The notes beneath the pieces were generated by a model. It made no database searches. It had not been told where the DNA came from and was given only the letters and a program-made list of their open reading frames with translations. Shown one piece after another: positions 55,207 to 64,000 of a DNA stretch of 64,000 nucleotides. This DNA comes from a virus. The DNA is taken from the IMG/VR virus record IMGVR_UViG_3300044815_000165, positions 1 through 64,000 of that record. One strand, given 5' to 3'. The first letter of the stretch is position 1, and every line of letters begins with the position of its first letter. The position numbers were made by a program, and so were the translations under genes.

Positions 55207-55652
55207 CGAAGAACCGTTTCGACACGCGCAACCGCGGCGCCGACGAGGTGTTCTACGACCTCCGCATGATGCGCGCGGACGCGAAGAGTTCGGTCGTGCT
55301 CGCCGTGTTCGGATCGAACAGCGTAGACCCACGTGGGCTCGCGCGCGCTCTCAACGCGCAGTGGTCGGCGGTCGTCACGCTCGTCGGGTTCCAGCCTCAG
55401 CGCGTGATGACGAGCTGCCGCGACGTCGGCACGGAGAAGGCCGTGAGGCTCGCCGCCAAGGACGTCACCGGCAAGCTCGCCGTGATCGTCCACCGCGCCG
55501 AGATGACCTACGGGATCAAGCAGGCCGACGAGATGTGCTGCAACCTGGTCTCGCGCGAGGCGGACGCGCTCCTCATGATCGGCGGTGGGAGCAAGTTCCT
55601 CCGCGATCGATTCGCCGGTTGGTACAAACCCATTCACGAGGTGGATTTCTAA
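55203..55652 (+). CDS. Hypothetical protein
   Basis: GTGA overlap; alpha/beta pattern. Confidence 0.6.
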   Translation: MTKNRFDTRNRGADEVFYDLRMMRADAKSSVVLAVFGSNSVDPRGLARALNAQWSAVVTLVGFQPQRVMTSCRDVGTEKAVRLAAKDVTGKLAVIVHRAEMTYGIKQADEMCCNLVSREADALLMIGGGSKFLRDRFAGWYKPIHEVDF

Positions 55653-55858
55653 TGCTGCTCGACAACGTGGTTCTGAAGACGATCCTGGACAAGTACGCGC
55701 CCGGCGTCGACGTCGAAGGTGATGGCATCTACCAGATGCAGTGGCGGAGCACGGAGACGTTCTATCGGCACACGGAGGAGTACGTGCCGCCGGAGAGTCG
55801 GCCCGCGTTCAAGTTCGCGCTCGAGATCGCATTCCCCGGCAAGAAGGGTGCGCTCTAG
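55652..55858 (+). CDS. Hypothetical protein
   Basis: TAATG overlap, GAGG RBS. Confidence 0.55.
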   Translation: MLLDNVVLKTILDKYAPGVDVEGDGIYQMQWRSTETFYRHTEEYVPPESRPAFKFALEIAFPGKKGAL

Positions 55859-55861
55859 ACC

Positions 55862-56038
55862 ATGTCGCGCCGCCGCAAGCTGATCGTCGGCATGATCCTG
55901 GGTGCGGTGCCTGTCGGCATCCTGTGGATCTTCGCGGCGCTCGATGCTGGAGACTACGAAACGATGCGTCTCCGCATGCGTCTCGTCGGGTGCGTCATCT
56001 TCCTGGGAGCCTTCCTGCTCCTCATGGAGAAGACGTGA
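55862..56038 (+). CDS. Small two-TM membrane protein (58 aa, not in ORF track)
   Basis: MSRRRKLIVGMILGAVPVGILWIFAAL..LVGCVIFLGAFLLLMEKT. Confidence 0.55.
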   Translation: MSRRRKLIVGMILGAVPVGILWIFAALDAGDYETMRLRMRLVGCVIFLGAFLLLMEKT

Positions 56039-56238
56039 TGGCCGTGCAGGCGGACCTACGCGAGCTGTGGAACGCCGTCGATAAGTGGCGGACCACGAAG
56101 TGCAGCTACCCGCGCGGCGCTCGTCTCATGGGCGTAGAGGACTCGCAGTATTGCGATGGCGAGAATCACCAAGAGAACTGTGACGCCGAGATCGCTCGCC
56201 AGGATCTGCTCGCAACCCACAACCGGATCAAGCTGTGA
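56038..56238 (+). CDS. Hypothetical protein
   Basis: TGATG overlap, GGAG RBS. Confidence 0.5.
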   Translation: MAVQADLRELWNAVDKWRTTKCSYPRGARLMGVEDSQYCDGENHQENCDAEIARQDLLATHNRIKL

Positions 56239-56591
56239 AGCCCAAGAACCGAGCGAAGCTGGCGCGCCGCAACGCGGGCCTATCGATCGGGCAAGCTGCG
56301 AGGTTGCTCCGGCTCACCACGGACGACGTCGTCTCGATCGAGGAGACAAACGCGGCGTTCAGCATGGCTGACCACGCGAAGCTCGCCGACGTGTACGGCG
56401 TGAACATCCCGTGGTTGAAGGGCGAGGTTCCGCAGCACGACTACGACACGATGAATAGCGTCGACGGGTTCGACAAGGTCACACCCAACGACCAGGCCGT
56501 GCTCGCCGAGTTCGCGGCATCGATGCCTCGACAAGGCAAAACTGCGGCTGAGCGGCTGGCCAACATCCTCAAGAAGAAAGATCCCACGTGA
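56235..56591 (+). CDS. XRE-family HTH transcriptional regulator
   Basis: RAKLARRNAGLSIGQAARLL..VVSIE..KLADVYGVNIPWLKGE. Confidence 0.8.
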   Translation: MKPKNRAKLARRNAGLSIGQAARLLRLTTDDVVSIEETNAAFSMADHAKLADVYGVNIPWLKGEVPQHDYDTMNSVDGFDKVTPNDQAVLAEFAASMPRQGKTAAERLANILKKKDPT

Positions 56592-58435
56592 AGATCGTCT
56601 CGATCGCGATCCAGAATTTCTTGAGCTTCGGCGACGCCGTGATCGGGCTCGGCGGTGCCGGGCTCACGCTCGTCGAGGGCGAGAACCGCGACGACAAGAG
56701 TGCGCACTCGAACGGCAGCGGCAAGAGCGCCATCTTCGACGCGCTCGTGTGGTGCCTGTTCGGGACCACGCTGCGCGGCTACGAGAACGACGAGGTGATC
56801 CACCGCAAGGTCGGCTCGGACTGCCTGGTCAGCGTGTCGCTCGAGACCGACGACGGTGACATGTACATGGTCATGCGCGCGCGCCGCCACAGGGAGTTCA
56901 AGAACTCGCTTCGCGTCAAGTACGTCAACTTCGACGAGGACATGAGCGCAGGAAGCAATGCTGACACGCAGCTCGTCGTGGAGAAGCTCCTCGGATGCAC
57001 GCTGCGGACGTTCCTGTCGAGCGTCGTGTTCGGACAGGATCGCGCGTACAGGTTCTCGTCGCTCACCGACAAGGAGCAGAAGGAGATCCTGGACGAGGTG
57101 CTCGGCGTCGAGCGCTTCGCCGAGGCGTGCACGATCGCGCGCGCTCGCGTCGCGTCGCTCAACACCTCCATCGCGACGATCTCGAAGAGCCTCGATCGCG
57201 CGCGCGAGCTGATGGAGGAGGACGAGACGGAGGTCGACGATCTCCGCGAGAAGGACAAGGGCTTCGAGACGGACCGCACGGCGCGCGTGCTGGACGAGCA
57301 CGAGAAGATGCGCAAGCTCAAGGACCAGATCAAGAAGACGGACCGGACGCTCAACCCGCAGATGCACACCACGCACGCCGCGCTCACCAAGGAGGTGTCC
57401 GTGCTGGACGCCGAGGTGTCCAACGCGCGCGACGTCGTCGCCAAGTCGCATGCCTCGCTCACGCACGCCGACGACGTGGTCTCCTCGATCCAGCGGAAGC
57501 TGAAACAACACGAGACGCGCGGCGGCGTCTGCGGCGCGTGCAAGCGCCCGCTGGACGACGCGGTCGACCACGCGAACATGATCGCGTCCGTGAAGAAGGA
57601 GCTGAAGGCTGCCGAGAAGGTCGCAGCTGCAGCGAAGCTCCTGGCGGAGGCGCACGACACCGCGCTCACCGGCGCGAAGCACAAGCTTCAGAAGAAGCGC
57701 GTGGAGCTGGAAGCACTCGGCAAGTCGGTCATCGCAGCTGCGCAGGCCGAGGCGAACGTGAAGGAGTGGACGCAGCGCCTGACGATCCACGAGGAGCGCG
57801 CCGCGGAGATCGAGGCCGAGACGAACGCCTACGCGGCGCTCATCAAGAAGGTCGAGCTGCGCTACGCGAAGCACTCCGCCGAGGTCGACCTGTTCGACGC
57901 GCAGCTCGCCGCCGAGGAGGCACAGCTGAAGCTCGTCGATTTCTGGGTCAAGGCGTTCGGCGCGCGCGGCCTGCGGTCGCTGCTGCTCGACAGCTCCATG
58001 CCACTCCTCAACGCGGAAGCGGCGCGCGTGTCGCGCGCGATCACCGGCGGTGCGATCAAGGTGCGCTTCTCCGTGACGAGCGACCTTAAGTCCGGCAAGA
58101 CGGTGGACCGCTTCGAGGTCCAGGTCGACAACAAGCACGGCGCCGGCACCTACGCGGGATGCAGCGCCGGCGAGCGCGCCAAGGTCGACCTCTGCGTGGG
58201 GCTCGCGCTGCAGAGCCTAGTCGCGTCGCGCTCTTCAGCGACGTTCAACGTCGTCGCGTTCGACGAGGCGTTCGACCACCTCGACTCGGCGGCGCACGAG
58301 CGCGTCATCGACGTCCTGTCAGAGATCGACAAGGAGAGCGTCTTCGTCATCAGCCACGACGAGGACCTGAAGGCATGGTTCCCGGCCTCGCTGCGCGTGG
58401 TGAAGAAGAATGGCTTCTCCACGGTCGAGACGTAG
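56588..58435 (+). CDS. sbcC: SbcC/Rad50/gp46-like ATPase
   Basis: IQNFLSF, NGSGKS, zinc hook CGAC, CSAGE, FDEAFDHLD, VISH. Confidence 0.93.
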   Translation: MKIVSIAIQNFLSFGDAVIGLGGAGLTLVEGENRDDKSAHSNGSGKSAIFDALVWCLFGTTLRGYENDEVIHRKVGSDCLVSVSLETDDGDMYMVMRARRHREFKNSLRVKYVNFDEDMSAGSNADTQLVVEKLLGCTLRTFLSSVVFGQDRAYRFSSLTDKEQKEILDEVLGVERFAEACTIARARVASLNTSIATISKSLDRARELMEEDETEVDDLREKDKGFETDRTARVLDEHEKMRKLKDQIKKTDRTLNPQMHTTHAALTKEVSVLDAEVSNARDVVAKSHASLTHADDVVSSIQRKLKQHETRGGVCGACKRPLDDAVDHANMIASVKKELKAAEKVAAAAKLLAEAHDTALTGAKHKLQKKRVELEALGKSVIAAAQAEANVKEWTQRLTIHEERAAEIEAETNAYAALIKKVELRYAKHSAEVDLFDAQLAAEEAQLKLVDFWVKAFGARGLRSLLLDSSMPLLNAEAARVSRAITGGAIKVRFSVTSDLKSGKTVDRFEVQVDNKHGAGTYAGCSAGERAKVDLCVGLALQSLVASRSSATFNVVAFDEAFDHLDSAAHERVIDVLSEIDKESVFVISHDEDLKAWFPASLRVVKKNGFSTVET

Positions 58436-58438
58436 ACC

Positions 58439-59002
58439 ATGTCGACGCGTCTCGATTCCATTCGCGGGATGCGCGCGACGCACTCGATCCGATCTCGCGC
58501 GACGCAACCGATCACGGGTCCGTGGTCGTTCCGCGACATCTGCGAGCACGAGGACGGGTGGAAGGAAGTCGGCGCGCATTGGCTCCAGTGCAAGCGCTGC
58601 TGGTGGTGCAAGCCGAAGCTCGGGAAGCCGCCGAGGCTCGAGAGGTTGCCGGCGATCCTCGAGCGCTGCGTGCTGCCGCCGCTGACCGGGAAGATCGACC
58701 TGAGCAAGGTTTTCAGGAATGCTGGCTTTATGCTCGACGATGATCGTGACTCCGTGTTATCGATTGTTCGTGTTCATGTCGTACAACACGTCTTCGTTGA
58801 GGACCCACTCATTCGCAGGTGCGGTGTCGACGTCCGGTTCAACGAGTTCGGCTGGCACTCGGCCGCGCTCTTCAACGAGACCGCGCTCTACGTGCTGCTA
58901 GACGTCGTCGCGAAGGCCGAGCCGCGCAAGCCCCGCGCGCTCTGGTTGGCGATCCAGGCCGCGTTCTCCAAGGGGTGGAAGAAGCCGTGGGAGAGGTCAT
59001 GA
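58439..59002 (+). CDS. Hypothetical protein
   Basis: CEH..CKRC motif; AT-richer central patch. Confidence 0.5.
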   Translation: MSTRLDSIRGMRATHSIRSRATQPITGPWSFRDICEHEDGWKEVGAHWLQCKRCWWCKPKLGKPPRLERLPAILERCVLPPLTGKIDLSKVFRNAGFMLDDDRDSVLSIVRVHVVQHVFVEDPLIRRCGVDVRFNEFGWHSAALFNETALYVLLDVVAKAEPRKPRALWLAIQAAFSKGWKKPWERS

Positions 59003-59484
59003 GCATCATCGAAGTTTTCAAGCCAACGTTCGACAATTTCCAGGAGACGCCGATCGTCATCTGGCGCGAGAACAACGGACCGATTCGGATCGCTGTCAAC
59101 ATCCTCGACCAGTACCGGAAGTGGAAGGCATCGCAAGCGCTGCCGCTCGCGCGCAAACCGGAACCGGAACCATTTTTCTGGGAGTCCCATGGTCCGGCGA
59201 TCTGTCGCGCCCTCGAACATTGTGGAGCCATGGCGCTCATCATCGAGGGCGCGTCAGATCGCAAGGTCAAGTATCGCTGGTTCCGCAAGAGTCAGAAGGA
59301 GCATCACAGCGGTGACTGGTATTGTATCTCGAGCGTCTACGCCGAGGGCAACAGCGGATCGACCGCTACGCATGTCCGCGTGACGATGCCGACTGACGAA
59401 GACATCGACTTCACCTTCTCGCCCGTGATGATGAAGGAGTGGCTCAAGCCGAAGCCGGCGAGTCCTGATGGTGTGGAGATCTGA
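58999..59484 (+). CDS. Hypothetical protein
   Basis: GAGAGG RBS, ATGA overlap; atypical codon usage. Confidence 0.55.
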   Translation: MSIIEVFKPTFDNFQETPIVIWRENNGPIRIAVNILDQYRKWKASQALPLARKPEPEPFFWESHGPAICRALEHCGAMALIIEGASDRKVKYRWFRKSQKEHHSGDWYCISSVYAEGNSGSTATHVRVTMPTDEDIDFTFSPVMMKEWLKPKPASPDGVEI

Positions 59485-60179
59485 TGCAGCACGCACAGGT
59501 CAGTGCGCTCGCGCGCCTCTTCGCGTTGGAAGCGGGGAAACCGTTCCGTCGTGATCTTCCGTGCAGGGTGCTCACGGCTGATCCCGCGTGGATGTTCAAC
59601 GATCCGCTTCCCGGTGCCGGGCGCGGAGCGGCGAAGAACTATCGCACCCAGTACATCGACGACATCATCTACCGACGCGGCTTCGAGTTCGACTGGCCGG
59701 CGATCGCTGACGATGCGATCCTCGTCCTGTGGCGCGTCGCCTCGCAGGTCGAGGACGCCTACCGCGTGATGCGCGGCTGGGAGTTCGAGCCGAAGAGCGA
59801 GTTCGTCTGGAACAAGCTCACCAAGAACGGCAAGAAGTGGATGGGCATGGGACGCACAGGGCGTCAGGCCCACGAGATCGCCATCATCGGCACGCGCGGG
59901 CGATCCGCGCTCGTGATGAAGGACCTCGGCGTCCGCTCCACCTTCGAGGCGCGGGTGCCCGTCTACGAGGCGAATCATCCGTACGTGCTCGAGGGCAGGG
60001 TGAAGGCGGGCAGCTACGTCCACAGCGGCAAACCAGAAGAGTTCCGGATCATGCTAGAGCAGATGTGCAAGGGTCCGTTCGTCGAGCTGTTCGGACGACG
60101 CACGCGTCCGGGTTGGAGCGTGCGAGGCAACCAAGTATGGGACGGCGTGAGCGACCACGTCCGTGTCGTGAGGAACTGA
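59484..60179 (+). CDS. MT-A70 family N6-adenine methyltransferase
   Basis: ADPAW, DDAILVLW, WEF..FVWNK..GMG, HSGKP, ELFGR..PGW..GN. Confidence 0.88.
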   Translation: MQHAQVSALARLFALEAGKPFRRDLPCRVLTADPAWMFNDPLPGAGRGAAKNYRTQYIDDIIYRRGFEFDWPAIADDAILVLWRVASQVEDAYRVMRGWEFEPKSEFVWNKLTKNGKKWMGMGRTGRQAHEIAIIGTRGRSALVMKDLGVRSTFEARVPVYEANHPYVLEGRVKAGSYVHSGKPEEFRIMLEQMCKGPFVELFGRRTRPGWSVRGNQVWDGVSDHVRVVRN

Positions 60180-60610
60180 TGGCGCTCACCTACCCCAACG
60201 AAGTTACGATCCAGATGACCTTCGTGGTCTGCTGCCACGCGGGCTGCGGCGTCACCTTCGGGATGCCGCAACGCATGTCCGACGATCGCCGCAAGGACCA
60301 CCAGCTGTTCTACTGCCCCAACGGGCACTCGCAGCACTTCAACACCAAGTCCGAGGCCGAGCTGCTCAAGGACAAGGTCGCGCAGCTCGAGAAGGACAAG
60401 CAGAGCCTCATCAAGAAGCGCGAGTGGGCGGACGAGTCCGCACGCAAGGCGACCCACGATGCGAAGACGGCCCGCTCGCACGCGAAGCGTGCCATCACGA
60501 TCTCGCGGAAGCTCCGTCAACGTCTCAAGACGGGGCTGTGTCCGTGCTGCGAGGTGAAGTTCGACAACCTCGAAGCGCACATGTCCGAAGTCCACCCCAA
60601 GTACCGCTGA
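60179..60610 (+). CDS. Zn-ribbon / coiled-coil / C2H2 protein
   Basis: C..CGVTFGMP..FYCPNGH..CPCC..NLEAHM..HP. Confidence 0.7.
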   Translation: MALTYPNEVTIQMTFVVCCHAGCGVTFGMPQRMSDDRRKDHQLFYCPNGHSQHFNTKSEAELLKDKVAQLEKDKQSLIKKREWADESARKATHDAKTARSHAKRAITISRKLRQRLKTGLCPCCEVKFDNLEAHMSEVHPKYR

Positions 60611-60622
60611 AGGAGCTACCAG

Positions 60623-60961
60623 ATGAATGACACGAGCAACGCGAGCAACGACCTCGCGACCTTGATGACGAACGCGCAGAAGCAACTCGACGAGCACGCC
60701 GCGTGGCTCGCCGCCGAGATCACCAACCTCACACCGGAGCAGGCCGCGCCGTTCATGCGGTCGATGCTCGTCATCCAGACGAAGCAGATCAAGCTCCGCA
60801 TGGCGCGCGCCGATAAAGACAGCGTGTCGGTCGTGTGGGACTACCCGGACGAGCTGGGTGAGTTCCTCAGGGAACGCGCACCGGATCACCTCCGCGCGTC
60901 GCTCGCCGGTGGTCACCTCGTGGAGATCGACGCGCCGTCGGTGCGTCCGGTGTCCGCGTGA
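60623..60961 (+). CDS. Hypothetical protein
   Basis: AAGGAG RBS. Confidence 0.6.
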   Translation: MNDTSNASNDLATLMTNAQKQLDEHAAWLAAEITNLTPEQAAPFMRSMLVIQTKQIKLRMARADKDSVSVVWDYPDELGEFLRERAPDHLRASLAGGHLVEIDAPSVRPVSA

Positions 60962-61140
60962 AGATCGACGTCGACAAGGTCCGCGCGATCCAACGAACGG
61001 CGTCCAGCCAGCTCGCGGGCATGCAGGCGCCTGTCGAGGTGCGGACCGCGGTGGACCTGCTCGACATCTTGCTCGACGAGCTGGTCGAGCGCGACGCCGC
61101 CGCCGAGACGCTCGCCGCGTCGATGACGTACGCGCAGTAG
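60958..61140 (+). CDS. Hypothetical protein
   Basis: GTGA overlap. Confidence 0.5.
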   Translation: MKIDVDKVRAIQRTASSQLAGMQAPVEVRTAVDLLDILLDELVERDAAAETLAASMTYAQ

Positions 61141-61142
61141 AT

Positions 61143-61286
61143 CTAGCGGCCGAGAGGTAGCGCTCGCAACAGCTCGATCACGCAGAGGAGCAGGATCGGC
61201 ACCCACGCCGGGCACTTCCCGAGCGCCGATGCGATGGTGCAGATGAACGCGGCGATGGCGATGATCAGAAAGACGGTGAGAGGCAT
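61143..61286 (-). CDS. 47-aa two-TM membrane protein (holin-like)
   Basis: MPLTVFLIIAIAAFICTIASALGKCPAWVPILLLCVIELLRALPLGR; TACTCT-6nt-ATG on minus strand. Confidence 0.65.
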   Translation of the reverse strand: MPLTVFLIIAIAAFICTIASALGKCPAWVPILLLCVIELLRALPLGR

Positions 61287-61311
61287 GCCCGAAGAGTACC
61301 CGACGCAGGAC

Positions 61312-61920
61312 ATGAAGAGCAGATTGCGCACCGCAAGCGGTAAGCGCCCGAGCGTCCACAAGGCACAGCGCGCTCCCGTCACGTCGATCGCCAAGGTCCT
61401 GTCGAACCGCACGCGAAAGAACAGCCGCCGCAAGGGCAACCGCAACGAGCTGGACATCGCGAAGGTGTTCTCGAATTGGAGCGGTGAGCTGGTGCGTCGC
61501 ACGCCGGGCTCCGGCGGATGGTCGACCGAGAAGTTCGGCGTGACTGCCGACCTCGTGTGTCCGAAGAAGGCGTTCCCGTTCCACGTCGAGGTGAAGAACC
61601 GCCAGGGGTGGTTCCTCGATGACCTCGTCACCGGCGCGCGCGACGACCACGACAAGAGCATCGTGCAGTGGTGGATCCAGTGCACGACGTCGTGCCCCGC
61701 GAAGAAGATCCCGCTGCTCGTGTTCCGGCGCAGCCGCCAGCCGTGGCTCGTCATGATCGCTACGACGTCTCTCCCGGGCATCTACATGCTGCCGAACGTC
61801 ATCGCCACGACGATGGGAGGCGAGGTCGGCGACACTGTCCGCGACGTCAGCGTGGTGTTGCTGAGCACGTTCCTCGGCGCCGCGTCCGTCCCCAAGGGTT
61901 TGCGAAACTACAACAAGTAG
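61312..61920 (+). CDS. Hjc-type Holliday junction resolvase
   Basis: NSRRKGNRNELDIAK..RRTPGSGG..ADLV..FHVEVK..PLLVFRR. Confidence 0.85.
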   Translation: MKSRLRTASGKRPSVHKAQRAPVTSIAKVLSNRTRKNSRRKGNRNELDIAKVFSNWSGELVRRTPGSGGWSTEKFGVTADLVCPKKAFPFHVEVKNRQGWFLDDLVTGARDDHDKSIVQWWIQCTTSCPAKKIPLLVFRRSRQPWLVMIATTSLPGIYMLPNVIATTMGGEVGDTVRDVSVVLLSTFLGAASVPKGLRNYNK

Positions 61921-61923
61921 AGG

Positions 61924-62379
61924 ATGTCGATGGAGAAGCTAGTCAGCGGATTGTTCAAGATCGTGTGCGCAACGTGTCCCGCGCACGCCGTGATCCACGA
62001 GTCCGTGAGGTACCAGGACGGGCTCCTCGTCCACTACGAGTGCCACGACAAGGAGTACCTGGTCGCGATGTACCCACACTTGACGCGCGCCATCGTCCAC
62101 AAGGACGGCGGTCGGTGGTTGTACGCGTTCAACGTGGTCAAGCCAGACGTCAGCTGTCTGCACGAGCCGATCGAGTGCGTCTACGTCCTCGACACCGAGC
62201 TGGAACCGATGAGCCCGGAGAGAATCGCCGAGATGCACAAGCACCTCTCCGAGAGCCTACCCATCGCGGAGGTCTCGGGACGGCCGAGCTTCTGCGAGAC
62301 CGAAGAGGCGTGGATCGACCTCCTCGCGGAGGGACGCAAGACGCTGGCGCTGCTGGCGCGTTTCGTGGGGAAGACGTGA
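61924..62379 (+). CDS. Hypothetical protein
   Basis: CATC..CH motif; tight packing. Confidence 0.55.
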   Translation: MSMEKLVSGLFKIVCATCPAHAVIHESVRYQDGLLVHYECHDKEYLVAMYPHLTRAIVHKDGGRWLYAFNVVKPDVSCLHEPIECVYVLDTELEPMSPERIAEMHKHLSESLPIAEVSGRPSFCETEEAWIDLLAEGRKTLALLARFVGKT

Positions 62380-62585
62380 AGCGTTTCCTCTTCGTCGACT
62401 CGGTCTTCTCGGGCGTGTTCCACTTCTTCGACCTCAACGAGTACCTCGCGTTCGAGCGCGGCTTCTCGGTGGCGATAGAGCGCTACGCCTCGCGCGTGTC
62501 GTTCAAGTTCTGGGATCCCGAAGACCCGGATCTCGATGTCATCGAGTCCCAGTCCGAGGTAGAGAAAGCCAGGAGGAAAACATGA
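62376..62585 (+). CDS. Hypothetical protein
   Basis: GTGA overlap; F-rich. Confidence 0.45.
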   Translation: MKRFLFVDSVFSGVFHFFDLNEYLAFERGFSVAIERYASRVSFKFWDPEDPDLDVIESQSEVEKARRKT

Positions 62586-62953
62586 GACGTCCACGCCATC
62601 TAGATTTCGAGTGCGGCACCTGCGGGTTCATCGGCGAGGTGTTCGTGGAGACGAATGACGACAACACGCCGCTGGAAGAGCAGCACTGCGCGCAGCCCGT
62701 CACGGATCTATCGGAGGCTGCCGAGACCTGCGGCGCGACTTGCGGCGCCGTCCTCGAGCAGCGCGACACCGTCTTCAACGGCTACATGAAGACCATCGTG
62801 AAGGGCAGCCACGACTACAACGACCGCGAGCGCGAGCGCCTCGAGAAGCGCAGCGACGAGCACTGGAAGCGTGAAGGTCGCCACGAGGCGATCGAGCGCG
62901 AGCGTTCCATGCTCAAGAAGAACGGCATGGAGGGTGCCGGCGGCGTGCGGTGA
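62582..62953 (+). CDS. FmdB-like zinc-ribbon protein
   Basis: AGGAGG RBS; P..DFECGTCGF.GEV..CGATCG. Confidence 0.6.
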   Translation: MRRPRHLDFECGTCGFIGEVFVETNDDNTPLEEQHCAQPVTDLSEAAETCGATCGAVLEQRDTVFNGYMKTIVKGSHDYNDRERERLEKRSDEHWKREGRHEAIERERSMLKKNGMEGAGGVR

Positions 62954-63249
62954 AGGTCCTCATCGCTGTAGACGTCGCGGAGGACGAGACGAACAGGATC
63001 ACGATCACGTGCGAGAACTGCGGCGTCGAGATCGCCGACACACACGAGGGTCCGGCGATCATCAACATCAAGGGGAACATCCCGCAGGCCGCGTTCGAGG
63101 CGTTCAAGCGGCAGTGGCTCAAGGCCGTCGAGAGCGGGTCGCTCCGCCCGATGATCGTCAACGCCGAAGACGTGCAGCTCATCCAACCTGAACCATCACT
63201 ACGAGCGTTGGTCGTGTCGCACGCGAAGTCGTGCAAGAAGTCAGGCTGA
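62950..63249 (+). CDS. Hypothetical Zn-binding protein
   Basis: CENC..H..C; GGAGG upstream. Confidence 0.55.
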   Translation: MKVLIAVDVAEDETNRITITCENCGVEIADTHEGPAIINIKGNIPQAAFEAFKRQWLKAVESGSLRPMIVNAEDVQLIQPEPSLRALVVSHAKSCKKSG

Positions 63250-63332
63250 ACAGTTCGTCTGTACCACTGGTACATGGATCGTCGCCGGGAGCCCGATCGT
63301 GTGTCGTCAACACGATGTCCAGAACGGGGCGG

Positions 63333-63361
63333 TTGCACCTACCACCCGAGCTGCGTAGACT
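63333..63361 (+). promoter_or_regulatory. Sigma70-type leaderless promoter
   Basis: TTGCAC-17-TAGACT-6nt-GTG. Confidence 0.65.
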
Positions 63362-63367
63362 GAACTG

Positions 63368-63631
63368 GTGCCCGGGGCTCGCCGTCGTCGCAAACCCGTC
63401 GTGAAGGTCGACCTCTTCGCCAAGGCGAAGTGGATGATCGGGCGCGGGATCCCGCCGTCCTACGTGGCCGAGAGGCTCAACGTTTCGCGTACCACGCTGT
63501 GGTCCTGGCGCCGACTGATGAACCACGACAGCACGTTCAAGGAGCTGCGTCGGCGCGTCTTGATGTTGCCGGCGCATCTGCGCGACCAGCTCGTCACCGA
63601 CCTGTCCGATGCCAGGAGAGCTGCAGCATGA
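63368..63631 (+). CDS. HTH DNA-binding protein
   Basis: GIPPSYVAERLNVSRTTLWSWRR. Confidence 0.7.
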   Translation: MPGARRRRKPVVKVDLFAKAKWMIGRGIPPSYVAERLNVSRTTLWSWRRLMNHDSTFKELRRRVLMLPAHLRDQLVTDLSDARRAAA

Positions 63632-64000
63632 GCGAGTCCAAGACCGACCGATCTACCGCGCCGCGCGATGGCACCCGACGTAGCCGCGCGAAGCAGGCGC
63701 ACGATCGCAACATCAAGCCGCCGAAGGCGAAGCGCACCGCGGCGCGCAAGCCGAAGAAGGGCGCGCGCGTGATGGAGGCACAGCTCGCGAAGCAGCCGCC
63801 GCCGACCTCGCTGATCGAGCACGACGAGCCCGCGGAGACGCTGGCGGAGGTCGTGGTCGATCCGGACGAGGTGCCCGAGGTCAAGGATCCCTGGTGGACG
63901 GACGAGCGCGAGAAGGCGTTCGCGTTCGCGATGCAGGGCTTCCCGAAGTCGCAGATCGCGCGCGAGCTGGGTCGTGAGCGTCACGCGATCGCACGCTGGA
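63628..64000 (+). CDS. Partial HTH protein (possibly terminase small subunit), runs off window
   Basis: AGGAG RBS; WTDEREKAF..QGFPKSQIARELGRERHAIARW. Confidence 0.55.
   Translation, partial: MSESKTDRSTAPRDGTRRSRAKQAHDRNIKPPKAKRTAARKPKKGARVMEAQLAKQPPPTSLIEHDEPAETLAEVVVDPDEVPEVKDPWWTDEREKAFAFAMQGFPKSQIARELGRERHAIARW

Noticed and set aside
3602-58138. Many long minus-strand and alternative-frame ORFs (e.g. 24380-26890, 14323-16386, 10608-12506, 56441-58138)
   Set aside because: Shadow ORFs expected in high-GC coding DNA; R/A/G-rich nonsense translations that overlap well-supported plus-strand genes

Overview
The window is a 64 kb slice of a large, high-GC myovirus genome, almost entirely on the + strand, with no integrase or host genes. 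Bases 1-27.6 kb hold a head-neck-contractile tail-baseplate module whose proteins and gene order follow the SPO1/Twort/phage K (Herelleviridae-like) plan: scaffold, major capsid, neck, sheath, tube, chaperone, tape measure, hub, spike, wedges, fibres. Bases 29-38 kb hold a second structural cassette: four tandem paralogues, a protein of about 35 x 14-aa repeats and a BppU-like anchor, possibly a filament or appendage system. Bases 38-58.5 kb hold replication and recombination genes: SF2 helicase, UDG-like protein, DnaB, primase, family A polymerase, UvsY-like, gp32-like SSB, RecA and SbcCD. The rest is small accessory genes, an MT-A70 methyltransferase, an Hjc-type resolvase and HTH proteins. 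The most notable features are: (1) a family A polymerase with intact catalytic aspartates but a remodelled dNTP pocket (steric gate E to H, O-helix R to Y, YG to FL); (2) a 151-nt tRNA-Leu-like RNA with large structured insertions between ssb and recA; (3) the repeat/paralogue cassette; (4) a probable +1 frameshift at TCC TTT CGA in the tail chaperone; (5) an apparently split gpI-like wedge gene; (6) three palindromic TTGACA-w-TGTCA promoter/operators and many leaderless-type promoters. All family assignments come from motif recognition by eye; no searches were run.
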